32,000 nucleotides of DNA from Wolbachia endosymbiont strain TRS of Brugia malayi (GTDB taxonomy: Bacteria; Pseudomonadota; Alphaproteobacteria; Rickettsiales; Anaplasmataceae), in NCBI RefSeq assembly GCF_000008385.1, contig NC_006833.1:840001-872000 (forward strand), read 5' to 3'. The translations under genes and the position numbers were made by a program. The notes beneath the pieces were generated by a model. The model did not search any database. It was not told the origin of the DNA and saw nothing but the letters and a program-made list of their open reading frames with translations. Numbering within the stretch: position 1 is the stretch's first letter; each line of letters opens with the position of its first letter. Below are positions 26,916 through 32,000 of the stretch, one piece after another.

Positions 26916-28290
26916 ATGGTAATAGAAAAGGAAAAGTTGTTTAAAATCATACAAAAAGCAAGCAAGAGCCAAGATTTGAAATGAGGATAATTTACTTAAA
27001 AGAGTAGGAAATGAGTTACATGAAAAAGATGAAGCAGAATATAGTAAGTTTTGCCTTGGCATAGATAAGAATCATTTATTTAGTATACAAACCCCAGAGG
27101 AAATTTCAGAAGGTTGGACATTACTACACCTCGCTGTAGAATGTAACAATCTACTAATGGTAAAGCTTTTACTAGACAAGAAAGTAGGTGTTAATATCTG
27201 AGTAAAAGACAGATCTAAAGATGGTGTGGACCTACCCATTTGCACATCGTTACTTTGCATGGTAATCATAGAGATAATGCAACGTTACTAAGTGATGATC
27301 GAGTAAAACCCTTATTAAAAGATGCTCATGATCAAGTTCCAAGAGAGGTGGCTGGTGATGTACTAAACAGGTATACTATAATAAAAATGTTAGAGGAAGC
27401 AGAAAAAAGTTATCGTGCAAAGCCGCAGAAGAAAGCAAAAAATTTAAAATCAAGCTTCAAGGTAGAAGTACCTATCATTTATTATAGAATAAGCATTTAT
27501 GATAACATCTGTAAACGGAAATTATGTAACTGTTCCAGCAAATGTTACAGATTTTTACTACAAATAGTATGATGATACACGTAGTAATAGTATTAGTGAT
27601 GATAGTGAAATACATATTTCTCCAGAACAGATATCCATGTATAAAGATGAGAACGGAACGATTCCCTTACTCTCTCTGAAGAGGAAATAAAGAAGCTTGA
27701 AGTTCAGCTAAAAAGATCATGTGTTCAACTCAAGAATGAGTAGAAAGAGAATCAATTATTAAAACAAAAAATACGAGATCTAGGAAGTAAAAACATAACA
27801 CTTAATAGTGAATTAGGCAAAACAAAACCAGCATTCTAAAACAAAAGCGTTGTAAAAAAAGCGCGAAAGTAACTGACAGAATTAAAAAGTAGAGCAAATA
27901 TTGGCACGAAAAAGAAGAGTGGACTTCTTTACATATTACTGCTATATTCAGTAATGTAGAGATAATAAAGACCAATATTATAATTAGGTAAAATATAACT
28001 CAGCGCAATGGATCAAGATAGATGGATTATTTTATTCATGCTACAAACAATTGTCATGCAGACAAAGTAAAATATTTAGAAAAAGGAGCAAATTTTGAAG
28101 CACGAGATAAAAATGAAAAGAGCTTTTTGGATCTTGCCACTGACAAATAAAACAATGACATAGTAGAATACTTACAGGAAAAATCAAGAGTAAAACAGAT
28201 TTTAGTAAGGGTAAAGCAGAAAAAAAAGACTACTGTTTTCAAGAATTATCTATATGAACCTTATAACTACGTCAATAGCAGGTTCTATCT
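26916..28290 (+). pseudogene. Ankyrin-repeat protein with internal coiled-coil segment, multiply frameshifted
   Basis: Fragments in order: MVIEKEKLFKIIQKASKSQDLK*; GWTLLHLAVECNNLLMVKLLLDKKVGVNI*; LHIVTLHGNHRDNATLLSDDRVKPLLKDAHDQVPREVAGDVLNRYTIIKMLEEAEKSY; LSEEEIKKLEVQLKRSCVQLKNE*KENQLLKQKIRDLGSK; NCHADKVKYLEKGANFEARDKNEKSFLDLATDK*NNDIVEYLQEK. Confidence 0.75.
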
Positions 28291-28526
28291 CTTAGTGTTA
28301 TTTCCAGATTGTTTGCCCCATTAATAATTATAACTTCTATAACATCTGCTTCGATAGCTGGCAGCATTACATACACAATGTTACAACCCTACCACTAAAT
28401 TGAAAGAAGTGGCTGTCCAAAATCAACAATATGGTGTTTATAAAGCTTAATTTGTAGCAATATCTGCTTTACTCATCCCTGGTAACTTTGATATAGTTAT
28501 TAGGTTAAGATCTATAAAGTTTATAA

Positions 28527-29525
28527 ATGGTGACCTTGAGTGTAAGAGAAGCTTTATGTACAGCAATTAGAGAAGAAATGCAAAACAATCATGATGTATT
28601 TATCATGGGTGAAGAAGTTGCGGAGTATGATGGCGCTTATAAAGTAACAAAAGGGTTGCTGAAAGAGTTTGGAAAAAATAGGGTGGTTGATACACCCATT
28701 ACTGAACATGGATTTGCTGGTCTTGCTGTTGGAGCAGCATTTGCTGGACTCAGGCCAATAGTTGAATTTATGACTTTTAATTTTTCCATGCAGGCTATTG
28801 ATCAAATTGTGAATTCCGCAGCAAAAATAAATTATATGTCAGGTGGACAGCTTGGATGTCCCATAGTATTTCGTGGACCAAACGGCGCTGCAGCAAGAGT
28901 CGCTGCACAACATTCCCAATGTTTTGCATCTTGGTATTCGCATGTACCAGGATTAAAAGTAATAGCACCTTATTTTGCCTCCGATTGCAGGGGTCTGCTC
29001 AAAGCTGCAATTCGTGATCCGGATCCAGTAATATTTCTAGAAAACGAGATCGCTTATGGGCACGAGCATGAAGTTCCTGATTCTGAGCTATCGGACAAAG
29101 ACTATCTGCTTGAGATAGGTAAAGCTGCTGTTATACGGGAAGGAAAGGATGTAACTATTACTGCTTTCTCATTGAAATTAAAGGATGCTTTAAATGCAGC
29201 AGATTTACTTTCAGGTGGAGGCATAGAAGCTGAAGTTATTGACTTAAGAACTTTAAGACCTCTTGATACTGAAACTATTATTAATTCTATCAGGAAAACT
29301 AATAGATTAGTTAGCATAGAAGAAGGTTGGCCATTTGCAGGAATAGGAGCAGAGCTTTCAGCTGTTGTTATGGAGCAGGGATTTGACTACCTTGATGCCC
29401 CAGTTGTACGCGTAACTGGCAAGGATATTCCCCTTCCCTATGCTGCAAATCTAGAAAAAAAAGCATTACCGCAAGTGGAAGACATAGTTGAAACTGTGCA
29501 TCAGGTCTGTTTTAGAAAAAAATAA
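28527..29525 (+). CDS. pdhB: Pyruvate dehydrogenase E1 component beta subunit
   Basis: 332 aa ORF; [44 protein letters not shown]...[46 protein letters not shown]. Confidence 0.98.
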   Translation: MVTLSVREALCTAIREEMQNNHDVFIMGEEVAEYDGAYKVTKGLLKEFGKNRVVDTPITEHGFAGLAVGAAFAGLRPIVEFMTFNFSMQAIDQIVNSAAKINYMSGGQLGCPIVFRGPNGAAARVAAQHSQCFASWYSHVPGLKVIAPYFASDCRGLLKAAIRDPDPVIFLENEIAYGHEHEVPDSELSDKDYLLEIGKAAVIREGKDVTITAFSLKLKDALNAADLLSGGGIEAEVIDLRTLRPLDTETIINSIRKTNRLVSIEEGWPFAGIGAELSAVVMEQGFDYLDAPVVRVTGKDIPLPYAANLEKKALPQVEDIVETVHQVCFRKK

Positions 29526-29591
29526 GCCTTAAATTTCCAATACAAAGCAATCCATTGGTAGAAGGATTTATTTCTTTTTATCCACTCCATA

Positions 29592-29894
29592 TCATCCCAT
29601 TAAAGAAGTATTTTCACCTATATCACCCATTACTTTTGTCACAATAGCTTTAGCACCAAAAAATACAGTATAAAATATACCTAATGCAAAAAGGACCACC
29701 AGGGTATTTTACCAAATATCGCAAGTAAAGCTGCACCTATCATTACTGACGGTTATAGGAGGTCCACCTATTCCCCAAACGTAGCCGATAATATTACATA
29801 TTACTTGAGCAGTTATATCATCATCGGTACCAGATTTATTATCAGTATTTCCAATATAAGAAAAGAAATAAATAATATTATAAAAAGATATCAA
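29592..29894 (-). pseudogene. VirB2-like type IV secretion pilin paralog, frameshifted
   Basis: Reverse strand pieces in order: DDITAQVICNIIGYVWGIGGPPITV / VMIGAALLAIFGKIPW / LFALGIFYTVFFGAKAIVTKVMGDIGENTSLMG*. Two hydrophobic segments split by IFGK.PW, as in Rickettsiales VirB2. Confidence 0.6.
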
Positions 29895-30047
29895 AAACTT
29901 TCCTAATCATAGGGTTCATCCTCATACCTTAAATTTAGATATCGCAATTGTACCTAAAATAGTAGAATTTTTGGTAAAGTTAGTACAAAGATTAGATAAA
30001 TTCGCAGTTAAGCATTATATTTTACTAAATTTCCTACTTTCTATGCA

Positions 30048-31844
30048 TCAATCACCTATTTTCAAAGCTTGAATAAAAGCATTATGTGGAATGTCCACGT
30101 TTCCTACAGAATATAGTCTTTTCTTGCCTTTCTTTTGCTTTTCTAAAAGCTTCATTTTTCGTGTTACGTCTCCACCATAGAGTTTAGCTGTTACATCCTT
30201 TCTATATGGGTTAATCGTTTCTCTTGCAACAATTTTACCGCCCACTGTTGCTTGAATTGCAATTTTATATTGCTGACGTGGTATTAAATCTCTCAAGCGC
30301 GCACATATTTCACGTCCTCTTTTCTCAGATCTACTTTTGTGAACAATACAGGCCAATGCATCTACAGGTTCTCCATTAACTAAAAAGCTCAATTTATCTA
30401 TTTGACTTTCCTGATAATTGGAAATTTCCCAATCCAAACTTGCGTATCCCTTAGAAATCGATTTCAACCTATCATAAAAATCCAAAACAACCTCAGACAG
30501 TGGCAACTTATACTTCAACAACGCTGTCATTGTGTTACCAACGTAAGATAAATCCTCCTGTTTTCCTCTCCTTTCATCACATAGAGATAGAATTTCCCCT
30601 AAATATTGGTCGGGTACCATTATAGTTGCAGTAATCCATGGCTCTTCTACTATTTTAATCTTTACTGAATCTGGCATATCATTTGGGTTATGAATATTCA
30701 GAGTTTCACCACTTTGCGTTGTAACCTCATATATAACACTTGGTGCAGTTGCCGTTAAGTCCAAATCAAATTCTCTTTCGAGCCTTTCTTGGATAACCTC
30801 AAGATGTAGCATCCCCAAGAAACCGCAACGAAACCCATAGCCGAGCGCATTTGAAGTTTCAGCTTCGAAGGTAAAACTTGTATCATTCAAATGTAACTTC
30901 TCCAGCGCCTCTCTTAAATATTTAAAGCCATCTGTTTTGTTAGGGAAAATACTACAAAACACCACAGGGTGTATCTCTTTAAAGCCCGGCAATGCTTCAC
31001 CGCAAGGTTTTTTTTCTTCGGTAATAGTGTCCCCTACTTTGCAGTCTGCCATTTTTCTCATCGAAGCAGTTATAAAACCAACTTCACCTGCTGAGAGTTC
31101 ACTTGTCATTACTTTTTTAGGAGTAAAAATACCGATATTGTCTACTTGATATACAGCATTGTTAGACATCATAACAATCTTCATGCCTTTTTTTAGCACC
31201 CCATTTTTAACTCGTACTAAAATTACTACTCCCAAGTAAGGGTCATACCAACTATCAACTAAAATCGCCTGCAGTGGAGCATTTATATTACCCTGTGGAG
31301 CTGGAAGTTTTGTTATTATTGCTTCCAATACATCCCTTATTCCAAGTCCAGTTTTTGCCGATATTAAAATTGACTCACTAGAGCCAATGCCAATTATTTC
31401 TTCAACCTGAAGTTTTACCCTTTCTGGATCTGAGGCAGGAAGGTCAACTTTGTTGAGCACAACTATTATCTCATGATTATTGTCAATTGCCTTATATACA
31501 TTCGCAAGAGTTTGAGCTTCAACCCCCTGACTACTATCTATTACTAAGAGCGAACCTTCACATGCAGCTAAGCTTCGACTTACTTCATACGAAAAGTCAA
31601 CATGACCTGGAGTATCCATAAGGTTTAAACAATATCGATTACCATCATTTGCAGTATAGTTTAGCCTTACCGTCTGTGCTTTGATTGTGATCCCACGTTC
31701 GCGTTCTATATCCATCGAGTCGAGCACTTGATTGGTCATTTCTCTTGCCTCAAGACCATTACACTCCTCTATCAAACGGTCAGCAAGTGTTGATTTACCG
31801 TGATCTATATGTGCTATTATTGCAAAATTCCTTACATTGTCCAT
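30048..31844 (-). CDS. lepA: Elongation factor 4 (LepA)
   Basis: 598 aa ORF; [83 protein letters not shown]. Confidence 0.99.
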   Translation of the reverse strand: MDNVRNFAIIAHIDHGKSTLADRLIEECNGLEAREMTNQVLDSMDIERERGITIKAQTVRLNYTANDGNRYCLNLMDTPGHVDFSYEVSRSLAACEGSLLVIDSSQGVEAQTLANVYKAIDNNHEIIVVLNKVDLPASDPERVKLQVEEIIGIGSSESILISAKTGLGIRDVLEAIITKLPAPQGNINAPLQAILVDSWYDPYLGVVILVRVKNGVLKKGMKIVMMSNNAVYQVDNIGIFTPKKVMTSELSAGEVGFITASMRKMADCKVGDTITEEKKPCGEALPGFKEIHPVVFCSIFPNKTDGFKYLREALEKLHLNDTSFTFEAETSNALGYGFRCGFLGMLHLEVIQERLEREFDLDLTATAPSVIYEVTTQSGETLNIHNPNDMPDSVKIKIVEEPWITATIMVPDQYLGEILSLCDERRGKQEDLSYVGNTMTALLKYKLPLSEVVLDFYDRLKSISKGYASLDWEISNYQESQIDKLSFLVNGEPVDALACIVHKSRSEKRGREICARLRDLIPRQQYKIAIQATVGGKIVARETINPYRKDVTAKLYGGDVTRKMKLLEKQKKGKKRLYSVGNVDIPHNAFIQALKIGD

Positions 31845-32000
31845 TGATGGCTATTCTACTCATTTAAGTAGAACTATTTTACATTTTAAGTGTTGTAAGG
31901 GCAATTGTTTATTAAGAAACTTATTTACTCCTTTAATATAGACGACACTTTTTTTGAGTGAGAAACTACTTTATTAACCATATAACTCTCATGATTGTTA

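Noticed and set aside
26826-27062. 78 aa minus-strand ORF upstream of the ankyrin debris
   Set aside because: Overlaps the start of the ankyrin pseudogene on the other strand and shows no family features; most likely chance in AT-rich DNA.
29102-29317. 71 aa minus-strand ORF within pdhB, plus 28554..28805
   Set aside because: Antisense to conserved pdhB coding sequence.

Overview
This window is core chromosome of an alphaproteobacterial endosymbiont and matches Wolbachia in gene content: a fused rpoBC gene, a two-piece permuted tmRNA, WO-phage debris and ankyrin debris. Left to right it contains: 5' part of ftsK (-), yggT (-), sspB (-), permuted ssrA (-), one 8.5 kb rpoB-rpoC fusion ORF (-), rplL-rplJ-rplA-rplK-nusG-secE (-), tRNA-Trp(CCA) (-), tuf (-), tRNA-Gly(TCC) (-), tRNA-Tyr(GTA) (-), carA (-), an orphan membrane protein (+), fmt (-), rplT-rpmI (-), a PAS-like protein (-), a MerR-like regulator plus IHF/HU-like protein (-), a ~3 kb decayed region, iscX-like (-), tRNA-Leu(TAA) (-), rpsD (-), tkt (+), a decayed ankyrin region (+), pdhB (+), a decayed virB2-like gene (-) and lepA (-). 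The accessory content is almost entirely decayed. The unannotated remnants are an MFS transporter, a small membrane protein with an in-frame TGA, a WO-type phage terminase large subunit, an ankyrin/coiled-coil protein and a VirB2-like pilin. The observations most worth follow-up are a NusG with an apparent N-terminal duplication of its NGN domain, sspB sitting directly beside the permuted ssrA gene, the hairpin-forming spacer in that tmRNA gene, and the unannotated remnants. I found no CRISPR array, no intact mobile element and no convincing novel multi-gene system.
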